From positions 8,184,001-8,248,000 of the forward strand of contig CM022675.1 of assembly GCA_012295275.1 (NCBI GenBank): 64,000 nucleotides of DNA, given 5' to 3'. Positions 29,350 through 47,218 of the stretch are shown here, piece by piece. This stretch comes from Chrysomallon squamiferum (taxonomy: Eukaryota > Animalia > Mollusca). A program made the translations under genes and the position numbers. Each line of letters starts with the position of its first letter. Within the stretch, counting starts at the first letter, position 1. A model generated the notes under the pieces. The model searched no databases. It was not told the DNA's origin and worked only from the letters and a program-made list of their open reading frames with translations.

Positions 29350-30126
29350 ATGAAATATTCTGCTTTCTTACTCCTATTTTTGGTACAACGATGTATAGGT
29401 AATATTAGAGAGTGGTTTTCCTATTTAAGCTCAGATTCTATCTCTGTGTCATTATGTTTCTTTTGGAAACAGTAACGCAGGGTCAAGTGCAATATGTCTT
29501 TCTTCTTTTTGTCTTGTTTCTACTTCACATTTTAGTCTTCAACCATTTTTTTCTTTTTCCTTCCTTTACATTAGTTCTCCTAGTTCTTATAATGTCTCTG
29601 ACTTCCTTCCTTTGCTTTCGTCTATAACGATTCCTCTGCGGCTCTCTGACATACTGACCCTGCTTCAGTTCACCTTTCTGCCTCCTTGCCTCAACTTCTT
29701 CTGCCACTTCACCTTAAGTTTGTCCCTTTTCTCCTTTATGCCTCACTCTTTGTCTAACTTACGATGTCCCTTTCGACTTCCCTGAATATTTCTTCTACTT
29801 AAAAACATGGTTTACTGGATACATTCTTATTTCAGGAGAAACGTGTCGTTGTGAAGGTATTGTCAATGCTTTCGGATGGGGATCGAAGGGTGTGAAATAC
29901 TGCAAATGTGGGTGTAACTTTTTCTTCATCAAAGATTGCTGTATGCCATGTTGTTTCCATGGTGACAGTATTCTTGTTCTCGAAGACGGTTCATCAGTAA
30001 ATATGAAACATCTAACTGTAGGTCATAAAGTTCTCACAGGTGAGTTATTATTATTTTCATTCCTTTTATCAGTAACTTACAGAGAAGTTGATGTTAAGCA
30101 CGTTATTCATCTCGATGCAGGCCTCG

Positions 30127-30193
<67 letters not shown>

Positions 30194-31304
30194 TTATTGT
30201 TGTTGTTTTGTTGTTGTTGTTGTTTTTACCATTATCATTATTATTGTTTATTTATTTACATATTTATTTATCTTGTTGTCGGTGGTGGTGTCGCTATTTT
30301 TGTTTCGTTTGTAGTTGTTTTTACTGCTTTTCTTCCAGTGAAAAATGGAAAACACATCTTTTCTGAGGTAAGAACATTCATGAAACGGTTTCCGGAAACC
30401 AACGCCACATATCGTACGCTCACGACAGAAAAGGGAAATCACTTTTCCATCACAGACGATCATCTGATATTTATGTCCAGTAACAACAAAACTGCTGATA
30501 TGAGACCTGCGTGAGTATTCGTATGTTTCTGTCTGCGTTGTTCGTTTCGTATTGCATAAGAAGGTGAGTTGTTTCCAGTGTCGATGTCATTGTAAATTTG
30601 ACAGCGTTCGAGAAACAATTTTTTCTCTTTTCATCTACAGTTCTTGTTACGTTTTGTTAAATCTTTATTTCAAAGCAGGAAAGGAAAAAAGACATGCGTA
30701 CAGAATAACCCTAAGCAATTCATGCACTTATAGACACAATCACAAATATTTACACATGGAAATTGAAATAGCGTCAAGCGGATTCATTAACATTAACAGA
30801 TATACCTTTTTTTTTCACTAAGGTATGCGATGTTGGTAGAACGAGGTGATTATATTTTTTCCACACTGTCTTGTCCAAGTGGTCTTTGTGCAGAGCGAGT
30901 TGTTGATATTTCATTTGCTGAAAAACAAGGTATTTCTACTACTACTACTAATAATAATAATAACAACAGCAACAAGATCAACAACAAAAACAAACAAAAA
31001 ACCAATAAACAAACAAAACAACAAGAACAAGTATTTTGAATACATAAAAATAAAATATTTAATATATTTCGCAGGGTTGTACGTACCACTGACTGACACA
31101 GGAACTCTTGTTGTGGATGGAATCTTAGCTTCCAGTTACGCTTATTTTGATCATGACGTGGCACAGTTCGCCATGGGTCTGTTCCGGTGGTTTCCTTGGT
31201 TATTGAAACCATGGGAACAAGACGGATTCAGTCCTATTCTGAAACTCATGAAATCCTTTGATGTCATTGTGAGGTCTTCCTATTGTCGTCGAATATTGAA
31301 CTAA
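29350..31304 (+). CDS. Copy 6: secreted Cys-rich peptide-Hint (Hog) domain precursor, 253 aa
   Basis: Exons 29350-29398, 29836-30039, 30339-30510, 30823-30929, 31075-31304 (762 nt). MKYSAFLLLFLVQRCIG-ETCRCEGIVNAFGWGSKGVKYCKCGCNFFFIKDCCMPC|CFHGDS. Confidence 0.88.
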
Positions 31305-33391
31305 GTCCGTTTTGAAATATTTCGTTATTTATTTATGTTCTCTTTTTTATCCGTATTTTTCTGTCTGTTGCCATTAATTACTGGAAGGAAAATAAATGAC
31401 TAGATTCTGGTATTTTCATATTTATATCTTTGTATTAAATAATTAACTCAACACTCTAAAAACATGGAAGATAGGGAAATGTTGTCCTGCAGTAATGTTA
31501 TCACATCATTCTTTTGTATCTGTCTCTCTGTTTGTATTTCTCTCTCGACGTTTATATGTACGAAAGAAAGACATCAACAATAACAACAAGAAAAACAAAA
31601 GAGAAAGAACAAGAAAACAAAAAGAAATACATCAAAAAACAAAAAGAAAGGAAAAAGAAAAAGAGAAAGAAAAACAGAAAACGAGAAAGTTATGGAGGGT
31701 TAAACGGGCTGCTTTCATGTATTTTCAACCATATTATTTGATTGACACGTTTCTAATGGATGTAAAATCAAAGCCAATAATGAAGTGATACGTAAGAAAT
31801 ATTACAATATATTTCTCTAGAACACGACGCGTCTGTTATTCATTCTTAAAAAGCTAAAGTTGGTTTCAGGTATACAGAACCATACGATATTTATTTACTT
31901 AATTTCTGAAAACAGAAATGAATCTGCTTTATAAATAATCTTTAACAATGGAAATATTTTCCACTTCACTTACACAAAACTAATGCTGTAATTTTAAATG
32001 TCGCTTTTCTCGTTGAAATAAGTTTTACTTTCTTTGACTTGGTAATGTTTCTGTGGCCGCTATAGTGTTTGTACCTCAAGGACCTAAAAATCTGATCTTG
32101 TTATTTATTATATAAGTAATTCTATAAAAAGCTTCACTTCAACGTATAAAAAGTATACTGGTTTAGAAACGTTAAAGTAATATTTATTTTTATGTGTTTT
32201 ATTTTTCCAAAATAAAATGTTTTCTAGTTTCCTGTAGTAATGTCTCATATGCTCATTTTCTCAAAAAATAGTTTCCTATGATTCCGAAGTAAAGTTTTAT
32301 TTTTCTTTAGAAAAGAAAAATGTCGTTTCGAAGTGAAATCTATGTCATAAAATCACCTTACCTACTCTTAATTTGCAGCAAATCTTGTCTGCATGCCAAC
32401 GCATCTGTGCAATCTATTTTCACATATATTAGTACAACCATGATCAGAAGCAGTTTAGCTTGCCATGATGGAAGAAAAAGTTACGAAGGAGTTTCCATTA
32501 TTGTATCAAAGTCCATGTTTGAAGTAGCTAAAAACTGCTTGATGCGAAAACATAATTTTTATTCCATCAAACAGTAGGTTATACTGACGATAATTTTTAT
32601 TCCATCAAACAGTAGGTTATAAGTACGATGTTTTTACATCGACGTACAAAACTTCAACAGGCGAGCTTCTAACAGCAGAAAGACAGAGCTTACGGCCATC
32701 GTTGTGTATGACATCGAACATCTGCAGCTAGGACTACCTGCGTACAGATACACATACAGCATATAAGAGGAACAAAACGTATAGGCCTGCTCACCATTCA
32801 TTGTCTCCTATAACTTTTGAAATCTTCTAGACTTTTAATCCCTTCTTCTTTTTTTTTGCGTACTTTATATGAGTGATTACAGGACAGTTTTCTGTCAAAA
32901 ATATCTTTCCGAATCTGAAACAATCTTCATTGTTGAAATTTATTCAGACGAAACAGGAACTGACGCTCAGCTATTCTAGGATTTGTCTTTAGGATCCACA
33001 CAAGTAAGATCTTTTTAAAGCCACTGGTTGAAATCGGGATCAGAGTAAGTTAAACCTAAATCATTGTCAAATAAATTGAGTTAATCGACCTCTGGTTCCA
33101 AAACGACTGAGTCCTTTTATGATCCCGAACTTCCATGTTGTCCAATGCATTCTCAAAAACAAAAGCAATTTTCAAGTGTCATAATGTGAGGTTAATTCAG
33201 GTACACACAAGAGGGGATATATTATACAGACATTCATAAGAAAGAAGAATGCAAATGCAGACAGGCATCCCTCATTTAAGCGATAGTGTACTGATAGCAC
33301 TTTCAGATTTTGTTTTAATGTTAGCGTTGATAGCGTTATAGTATATTTTTAAATGTTAACAGAGAAGAATCTAATAAACAGTATAGGGGAA

Positions 33392-33534
<143 letters not shown>

Positions 33535-33637
33535 AAATAGAGTAAAAACAAACATAATAATAGGTCTGTTGAAGACCAGAGCAAACGTATATGTTGTTTA
33601 ATCACAAATAGCGAACTAAGTTAAGAAAAAAAGGAGT

Positions 33638-33694
<57 letters not shown>

Positions 33695-33972
33695 TAATAA
33701 TAATAAAAACAAATTAAGAATTAAACGAAAAGTAAAAACGAAAAAAAAAAAAAAAAAGAAAAGAAAGTAGGTAATATGAAATATTACAAATTAATATAAA
33801 CACAAACTGTGTAATAAATCTAATGAGTAAATGTTATTATTCTCTGTCGTATAATTACATTTTCTTCCCAATCGAACAATTAATTATTATATCAGAAATT
33901 GTCATATTTCTGACTCTAGGCGAGTATTTCGGTATGGAACATTTATCAACAAATTTACAGAATAATGGTTTG

Positions 33973-34017
<45 letters not shown>

Positions 34018-34297
34018 GCATACGTGTTCATGTTTTATTTCATAAATATGACATCAACCTATGTATGAGAGCGGAACAAGAAAGTAACGGTCAAAATGAT
34101 ATAATGAAATCTTAGACTTTCGTTCATCTATACTCGAGAATAGCATAAGTGAATAAAACACACTTCTACACCAAAACAGATCTTTTTAAAACTTGTATAG
34201 TTACATACAGGCGGTTATCCTATTTATAAAATATATCAATAATCAATAGAATAAAAATCAGGGCACAAAGATAAAGCATGTTTTTAGTCACATACGC

Positions 34298-34336
<39 letters not shown>

Positions 34337-34812
34337 GTAATAATATGTTAGCAGTATTAACTTCGGTAACATCGACTAAATATTTCCAGGAGCTCGTGTG
34401 GTATATTAGTACATAATTAAATATCCAAGACGAAACTAAGACTGATCTGCTTTTCATCTGTCCTCTAACCTGTTTTCTCACTTAACGTTTCAAAATGAGC
34501 TCTCGAGTACTCGTATGAATATCTTCTGTGAAACTGTTCTTCTCGCTGTGGACCAAAGACATGTGCAATGGTGAGCTTTATCACCCTCATATCTCGACAT
34601 TTGTAATTTAGATAGTCTTCACCTACTTTTGTTGTTACGTTTTATTAAAACTTTATTCAGAAACAAAAGAAAGAAAATACGACATGCGTACATAATAATA
34701 ATACTGAGCAATTCATGTACCTAAAGACATAATCACAGATATTTACACACGGAAATTTAAATAGCATATGGAGGATTCCATACAATTAATTGATATACGT
34801 TTTCACACTAAG

Positions 34813-35258
34813 GAATGCTACGTTGGTAAAAAGAGGTGATTGTATTTTCTCCACACTATCGAGTCTAAACAAGTTGTTGATATTTGCTTTTCTGAAAAAC
34901 AAGGCAATAATAATAATAATAATAACAAAAACAATTTGAAGTAAATTATAAATTATTGACTGCAGTCAATTTTATCTCTGAAGGATGTTTTAATAGATAA
35001 AATTCAAACATTAAATATTTTTTCACAGGGTTGCACGTACCACTGACTGATACAGGAACTCTTGTTGTGGATGGAATCTTAGCTTCCAATTACGTTTATT
35101 TTGATCATGACGTGGCACAGTTCTTCGTGAGTCCGTTCCGGTGGTTTCCTTGGTTATTGAAACCATGGCAACAAAATGGATTGAGTCCTATTCTGAAACT
35201 CATGCAATCCTTAGTCGTCATGTTGAGGTCTTCCTATGATTACCGAATATTGAACTAA
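34813..35258 (+). pseudogene. Copy 7: 5'-truncated relic (damaged exon 4 and intact exon 5)
   Basis: Exon 4 (34813-34903) is 91 nt instead of 107, which shifts the frame, and its donor is GC; exon 5 (35029-35258) is intact (GILASNYV...RILN*). No exons 1-3 upstream. Confidence 0.8.
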
Positions 35259-36045
35259 GCTCGTTTTTAAATACTATTTCCTTATTTTTTCCCTCCTTTC
35301 ATCCCCATTTATCTGTGTTGCCAATAATTACTGAACGCAAACTAAATTGCTAGTTTCTGGTATTGTCATATTTGCGCTTTTATACTAAGTAATTAAATAG
35401 AGACACTGGAAACATGGAAACTAGGAAATTGTCTCCTACACTAAGAGGAGTGAACCTTTCTGATCCTTGGATCTCCTGCATGTAGTGAAGCAATAACAGC
35501 AAAAATTAAATGTTATTTTATCACTTGACTGATTTAAGTAAAATATTATTCATTTATATATATATATATCTGTCTGTCTGTCTGTATTTCTGTCTCTTCG
35601 TATTATTTTATTGAATTGTTTGAAACAGATCTAAGGTCAGAGCAAGTAATGAAGTGAGAAGTCCGAAGTACACAATATTTTGTTCGACTGTTCATTCCAA
35701 CCACCGTATTTACACTTTAACTTTGGTTTCCTTGATGAGTGCTTTCGAATTTAGAAACAAAGGATGATATAAATTTTACCACTCAAATATGACATTACAA
35801 TTTGTATCTTCACGCAGTACAACAGAAATTATAATAATTTTATTTTGAGAATTTTGCTGACATACCGCTTGTCATATTTCCAGCTACATTGAGTCATTAC
35901 AAATTCAAATCGCTTCAGGTGATCTTGAAACAAGCTATGCAAATTTCAAAAATATTTGAATTTATGATTGATTTCTTGCAACATATTTTACGACTATGCT
36001 AATCGCGAGGAAAAATGAGGATATGATAAACCATTTCGTGTATGT

Positions 36046-36124
<79 letters not shown>

Positions 36125-37299
36125 AAACTCATGACATTATGGAATATTCGTTTATAAACCTGTTTTTTCATTTTTGTTTTTAAATACATTTTACTTTAGC
36201 GGTTTACTGTCCCTAGTACACGACGCATAATTTTCTAATTCTTAACAAAATAAAGAGTGCAAGAAAAATAACATAATTAAATATATGAAACAGAAAAATT
36301 GCTCTATTAGATTTGTGTTTATCGTCTACATATCCAGAAGTATGCGGTGTTTGCAATGTCACATAATGAATATATTAATAATACTGTTTCGAATTCTTAG
36401 AATTTTAAGGACATTAAATATTTCTGTATAACTAATTGTACTGAAATTTTGCCAGCCTTCATATCTGAAGTCTTTTTTAACCAACTGCCTAGAACGAGCT
36501 ATCAGTTATTGGAAATAACCTGAATTAATGTTATATCTTCTAAACACAGGCTACGACTCACTACTTCACAACATGATATTTCAGTTATTATAAAATAGTA
36601 AATCAGATGATTGATTTTATTTATTTTTTTCACTCTTTTATTGTATGTAAATGCTTTTTATGATCTATTATTTTTTTTTCAGATGCAAATAAGTTAAACC
36701 ATTTCGTGTATATTTTTCATAGAGCTAGAGAAAAAAAAATTGTTTCTCTTTTCATTGGGAAAAAAATGTATGGTTGATATCGTTCTATTATATTCAGTGT
36801 AAGTATCAGTATACGTTCGTCGAATCGTTGTTTTCTCCACGAACTGTTCTCTTTGTTGTTGAGCGTAGATCGCAGTAAAAGTTAGTTTTTGACGAAGGAG
36901 AGATCGTCTTTTAACGCGCTGCTCGATTTTCACGTGATGCCGCAAAATAATCCCCACGTCTGTTTCAAAGAGCAGGAAATTTTCTTTTCAGTAGCGTATT
37001 ACTCGATCTATGCGTTTTATGTGTCTATATTTCTGGGGGTTTTTTAATTTTATTTAATTTTTTTTTTTTTTTTCAGATAACTATGCAAAATGATTTTAGT
37101 TCTTCTGTCAAAAAAAAAAAAAGTAAAAAACCCACAAAACAAGCCAATAAAATTTAGTCTGATGATTATTGCTATCAAAGTTATATTTGACATCCGTAAT
37201 GTCTACGATCATGCAAAATTTAATCCGGTTAGTATACTTTCCTTTCGAAACAGACCTCACAAATGTTTAGATAGAGCCACTGATTAAAAATGCATGTGG

Positions 37300-37354
<55 letters not shown>

Positions 37355-37712
37355 AGAACTGATGAAATTGTACAATATTCTTTTATATACTTTCTCTCTT
37401 ATAATTTGTCTTTTCAAAATATATTTTTACTATTCAGATTTACTACCCCTAAAACACCATGCTTAAAAAACTGGTTTCAATCATGAGATATGCTCCGATC
37501 TTAAGTTATTTAATTTCAAAACGGATTGGAACTCTAAGAATCGGTGGTCTAAATAATCTTTCGCAATGAAAAATTTTTTCTAATTTAATTATGCAAAAGA
37601 AATATTGTAGTTTTAAATGTTGCTATTGTCGAGAAAATAAATTTTACTTGGGTTGGAAATATTTCTTTGGACCTTACAATGTCTAGAGCCCAAGAGCCAG
37701 AAATTGCTGGTC

Positions 37713-37773
<61 letters not shown>

Positions 37774-38194
37774 GGTTTCACTGTCATTTTATATACAGAT
37801 AATAATATAAAACTCTTACCTTCAAGTTACTCATATTACCCTGCTTTGGGAATATCGAAGGAATAAATATTTTTACGTCTCGTATACTTTCAAACACGAA
37901 ATATTTTTGAACGCCATCGGAGAATTGAAAGGCTTACTGAATGTGATTGCCAGATTATAAATATTTGCCTTGGGCTGTGGTAGATCAAGGATACTAAAGA
38001 ATCTTCAGATGCAAAATTTCTAATGTAGAGAGTGAAATGTGAGGTAAGAAATTTTTGAAAATGAACTTAATTAATGTTCTATCTTCAAAATATAGGCTCG
38101 GCTTTTTACTGCAGAATGTTTTATTTATTTATAGCAGATTAAATTAAATTATTCAAATATATGATCGATTTTTTTGTTTCCTACATTTATGGCT

Positions 38195-38221
38195 ATGCAA
38201 ATGAATTTTTGTAATGCAAAT
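38195..38221 (+). promoter_or_regulatory. Double octamer upstream of copy 8
   Basis: ATGCAAAT at 38195 and 38214; the spacer sequence has diverged but its length is kept. Confidence 0.6.
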
Positions 38222-38298
38222 AAGTTACACCCAGGTTGGGTATATTTACCAGAGAGCGGTAGGATAACAAAATCGCACAGTTGAAAAATATAGAAACT

Positions 38299-40229
<1,931 letters not shown>

Positions 40230-40578
40230 GGCCAATTTTGAAATATTTCGTTATTTAGTTATTCTGTCTTCTTTTTATCCCTGTTTCTCTGTTGACATTA
40301 AGATAACTGATAAACAAAATAAATTACTAGATGCTGGTATTGTCGTATTTATGTTTTTATAGTACATAGTTAAATCAAGACACTAAAAACGTGGAAGCTA
40401 GGGAAATGTCATCGTACACTAAAAGGAGTACTTTCTTATGTCTTGGTACTCCTCTTCATACTTTTAGTAATATAGTGCACTGACTTTTCCGGTTAATAAA
40501 TATGTATAGTAAATAAACTCGTTAAATAAAGTGAATTGAATATGAGTGTTGAAACATTCTGATCGGAGCACTAAATGC

Positions 40579-40643
<65 letters not shown>

Positions 40644-40662
40644 GTATGTATATATGTAAGAA

Positions 40663-40698
<36 letters not shown>

Positions 40699-41320
40699 AG
40701 AACTGATGAAATTGTACAATATTCTTTAATATACTTTCTCTCTTTAATTACGCAAAAGAAATATTGTAGTTTTAAATGTTGCTATTGTCGAGAAAATAAA
40801 TTTTACTTCGGTTGGAAATATTTCTTTGGACCTTACAATGTCTAGAGCACAAGAGCCAGAAATTGCTGGTCCTAATATATATATATATAGACGGCTTCAC
40901 TGTCATTTTATATACAGATAATAATATGAAACTCTTACCTTCAAGTTATATTACTCATATTACCCTGCTTTGGGAATATCGAAGGAATAAATATTTTTAC
41001 GTCTCGTATACTTTCAAACACGAAATATTTTTGAACGCCATCGGAGAATTGAAAGGCTTACTGAATCTAATTGCCAGATTATAAATATTTGCCTTGGGCT
41101 GTGGTAGATCAAGGATACTAAAGAGTCTTCAGATGCAAAATTTCTAATGTAGAGAGTGAAATGTGAGGTAAGAAAGTTTTTGAAAATGAACTTACTTAAT
41201 GTTCTATCTTCAAAATATAGGCTCGGCTTTTCACAGCAGAATGTTTTATTTATTTATAGGTAGATTAAATTAAATTATTCAAATATATGATCGATTTTTT
41301 TGTTTCCTAATTTTATGGCT

Positions 41321-41347
41321 ATGCAAATGAATTTGTGTAATGCAAAT
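41321..41347 (+). promoter_or_regulatory. Double octamer upstream of copy 9
   Basis: ATGCAAAT at 41321 and 41340. Confidence 0.6.
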
Positions 41348-41424
41348 AAGTTACACCCAGGTTGGGTATATTTACGAGAGAGCGGTAGGATAACAAAATC
41401 GCACAGTTGAAAAATAGAGAAACT

Positions 41425-43431
<2,007 letters not shown>

Positions 43432-44896
43432 CAGATACTGAACTAAGGTCGTTTTTAAATACTGTTTTGTTATTTATTCGTTATATTTTATTTTGTCCCT
43501 ATTTCTCTGTGTCGGCAAGCGAAATAAATTACTAGTTGCTGGTATTGTCATATGCGTGTCTTTATCGTAAATAAATTTAATCAACACAATGAAAACATAT
43601 AAAGTAGTAAAACTGTATTCCTATAATAAGAGGCATAGAAAGGTCTGTATATGCACTGGGACTCCATGATGTAGCGAACTAGTGAAAGAGGACTTTATAC
43701 AAATTTTGAATTATTTATTATTTAACTCATTTATTTATTTTTAACAAAAATGTTTCATTCGGTCCGTCCGATGAATGGTTTTGTGCACTAAATATATTTA
43801 TTAAATAAATTTAACTGAATGTAGTGTTGAAACATTCTGATTCATTTATAATAAATGAAACAGAATCATCATTTACTGTATAGATGTCTTACAAACATTC
43901 ATGAACCATGACCCATATAATTAGATGTATTTTAATAAAATGCGGTTACGGATGTGTGTATATTCAAGTTTACTGGTTTAACTGAAATAAAAGTCATGTG
44001 TTTCTCTCTCTCTCTGTTTGCTTGCCTGTCTGTCTGTCTGTGTGTACTGAACAAAGACGACATCAAAAACAGAAAAGGAAAGAAAGAAAAATGAAACAAA
44101 TGTCAAGAGGTTAATAGCGCACCTTCAAAAACATTTTTTTAAAATATTATTGATGTAATTCCATTACTCGAGGCACATGAAGGATACAAAATTAAATTTC
44201 ATTTATCTCGTTTTGTAAAGTTCATTATTTTTTTTAATTTGGAGAAATACTGAAATTTCTTGTTCATTCGTATTTGTTCATCAGGATCTGATATCAATAC
44301 ATATCTCATAATTTCAAGGCAAAATGTTACCCAAGAATAGGAATATTAAACCTCTTGAATCATCCGCACAAATTGCTTTTGACATCAGTTTAAATGTCAG
44401 TAGCATCAGTTTAAGGAATGTGGAAGCTTAAAATATTTTTGAAAGTAAAAAAGCAAAAACTGAATTGAAATCATGAACTTAGACAGTGTAACATTCGTTA
44501 AAAAAAAATCTAAACGTTTATGTTTGAAGAAAATCTGAAGATATATTCATGTTCTTTCTAATTCCCTTAGCACAAACCAAGGCAAAGTTGGAAAATATGC
44601 CAGTCTTTCTTGAAACTACTTTAGACTGATTTTTTTTTTTTCTGGACTGACTTCTTTATAAAACGGATAGATTAAAAACTAGTGACAATATCATTCCGGT
44701 TTAGACTACTCAGAACATTCACATTTTGCTCCTAGCCGAAAACTTCCAACGAAAGAATGTTTCTGAAACATCATGACAAACGTTCCATGCTGTTTTCTTA
44801 CCTTTACCAAACACAGCAAACGCAACATCATGTCCAGTGAACGTATGGAAAAAATCCCTTCATGGACTGGAATTCGTGGACGCTGTTTGAAACCGA

Positions 44897-44974
44897 CACG
44901 GGGATTATCTCTACTGGCATCACGGGGATTATTCTACTGACATCACGGGGATTATCTCTACTGGCATCACGGGG
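44897..44974 (+). repeat. Three copies of a 23-24 bp tandem repeat
   Basis: cacggggattatctctactggcat repeated three times, plus a partial fourth copy. Confidence 0.85.
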
Positions 44975-46535
44975 AAATCGAGGAGCTCGTTGAAAGACGT
45001 TCGCGCGTTCGTCAGAAATGAACTTCTACGCTCACCAACAAAGTCGACGGGAACGGGGTTGAGGAGAAAATTACGATTCGACGAACGTGTATTGATATTT
45101 ACACTGAATATTATAGAACGTTAACAGCCATAAGTTTTGCTAGAATGAAAACAGAAACATAATTTCAAAATGTAAAGATTACAGTACAGATATTGCTATG
45201 AATAGCATGTTCATTAACTTTAATTGTAACGGATTTGCTACCATGTGCGGTTGGATTCATGTCCTGTACAAATATTCAACTTCTTCATGGCAACATGGAG
45301 ACAGCATCCGGGGACTTTCTTGCGCTGCTAATGGCTTTTTATCCTTTCGTGACAACGACTCAGCTTGTCGTCTGAGCTTCAGACATATTTTCCGCAAGGA
45401 AGAGAAACAGCTCAGTCTGTTTGCTGGTGTCTTGATTTGGTGGCCATATTGAAAAATGTCTTGAAATTTTCAAATGACCAGTACAGACAGCAGTGAAAGA
45501 CAACAGTGGCACATTTCATGCTTTTTTCATAATTATTACCATTTACATAATTATCTCTTATCAGTTCCACAGCATTAAGCCAAGAAAGCATATGACAATT
45601 ACTAATGTGCTACATTATCAGAAAAAGCGTGTGTCAAGGGAGTTTTAAAACATAGGATTCCACACTTAATTAATTTATGTAAATCGGACAACTACCAATA
45701 CTTCTAAGCCACATCTTAATAAATGTCCCTCAGTGAGACAGATTCGATTAAAAATTACTGGAATTCAAATGTGCAAAATTTGAGCCTTGTATCGTAATGT
45801 GCACGATTTTTCTGATATCTACTACTGTATATAAACAGGCGGAACGACAAGCTTTATTTGAATTTGTCAGATTTCTGGATATAGAATAAATATGCCCTTA
45901 AAATGTAACATAAACGCGTATGTCACGAAAAACCAAAACAAAGATCTGAATAAAACCTTTAAGAACACCAGAGCTTAATGGAACGCAATTTTCGGATCCT
46001 GTAAACATTTTGACACTTTCTCCGCCAGTGCTGAAATTGAGTTATAAAAATTTTACAAAGATGTAAAAGGAAACGATCTAGAAAACTCTCTATAACCTGA
46101 AAGTGTCTAAGGCTTGTAATAATGTTCTCGCATTCTTTGTAGACTACTTTCACACCATCATGATGGAAACTCTTATCTTCTACCAAACTATTCTGAGAGA
46201 TATAGGATTGTAACATTTCCCAAAGAGATATAGTTAAAAACAAATATAATAATAATTAAATCAAAAAATAAAATAAAATAAAATGATTCTCCAGGATTCA
46301 AAAAAAAAAGAAAAAAAAAAGAAAATGACAACAGATTTTACCAAACGTGCACGGGCAAAGTACATTCAACAATCCTTCCACGCCTCTAGAACAGCTTGCA
46401 CAAGATGTAAACGAATATAATTTTAAATTTCGAAAATCTTAATTTCAATTCCGCTCGTAGGTTGGATGCCTCCCAGACCTTAACATTAATTTCAATAGTC
46501 ATTCATAAAAACAATACATTTTCTTAATAACTTAC

Positions 46536-47218
46536 CTGTGAGAACCTTCTGACCTGCAGTTAGATGATACGTTTTTACTACTGAACCGTCTTAGAGTAGA
46601 GGATTACTGTCACCATGGTAACAGGGCGAGTTACAGCACCACGATCTAAATAGAATTTGGCACACAGCAACAAACGTAATCAAACAATGTCATTTGCATG
46701 TTGTTGTTTTTTATTTTTATCAGTACAAGTACGTTTCTTCTGAAATAAAAATATGTTTAGTTAAACACGTTTGTGAGAAGCAAGACTCTGGGATACTATT
46801 TATTACAAAAATGGTCACACAGAGAGGCATACAATGTATTATTAATAACGTTTTAGAAATGACCCATGTAGTCTAATAATAGTGAAATAGATTAGAGAAA
46901 ATAAAAGCGTCTATGCGTTCTGCTCTAAGCGTATCCAAGATGATTTTTTTTATAGAAACAAACGACAGACAGAACTACATTTTGGCACACGTACTATAAT
47001 CGTTTCCTCTGCTTATCTCAACAACAAAAAAATGAACAGAAAGTGAAATAGGCACTGACCGTCAGACAGAGAGACAAGTTGCTCAGAATCACCTGCTGAT
47101 AGACACATGCAAACAAAAACAACAAAAAACAGGCACGTGATACAGCGAAATGTTTTAATATGAAAATATCTCTGACATATTACCAGTAGCTCGATTTAGT
47201 AAAAGTAGAATATTCCAT
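46536..47218 (-). pseudogene. Copy 10: decayed exon 1 and exon 2 relic at the right edge of the array
   Basis: Shortened exon 1 (47218-47184, MEYSTF...) with ATGCAAAT upstream at 47300-47293. Exon 2 (46739-46536) reads ...WCCNSPCYHGDSNPLL*DGSVVKTYHLTAGQKVLT|gtaag, with in-frame stops. Confidence 0.78.

Larger units (their letters stand above)
19563..32474. repeat. Large inverted repeat: ~19563-24108 is the reverse complement of ~28244-32474 (copies 4 and 6, head to head)
   Basis: Reverse-complement similarity runs through promoter, gene and ~1.2 kb of 3' flank (for example ccatggcaagctaaactgcttctgatcat against atgatcagaagcagtttagcttgccatg). Confidence 0.9.

Noticed and set aside
32620-33200. 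Possible DNA-transposon/MITE fragment after copy 6
   Set aside because: I could not identify terminal inverted repeats, a target-site duplication or a transposase ORF.
44897-44974. Short direct repeats as a CRISPR-like array (also 51215-51645)
   Set aside because: The units are contiguous with no unique spacers and the context is eukaryotic; these are ordinary minisatellites.
45198-45452. ORF containing WQHGDSI, reminiscent of CFHGDSI
   Set aside because: No Cys frame before it and no LEDGS...VLT or donor site after it; probably a chance match.
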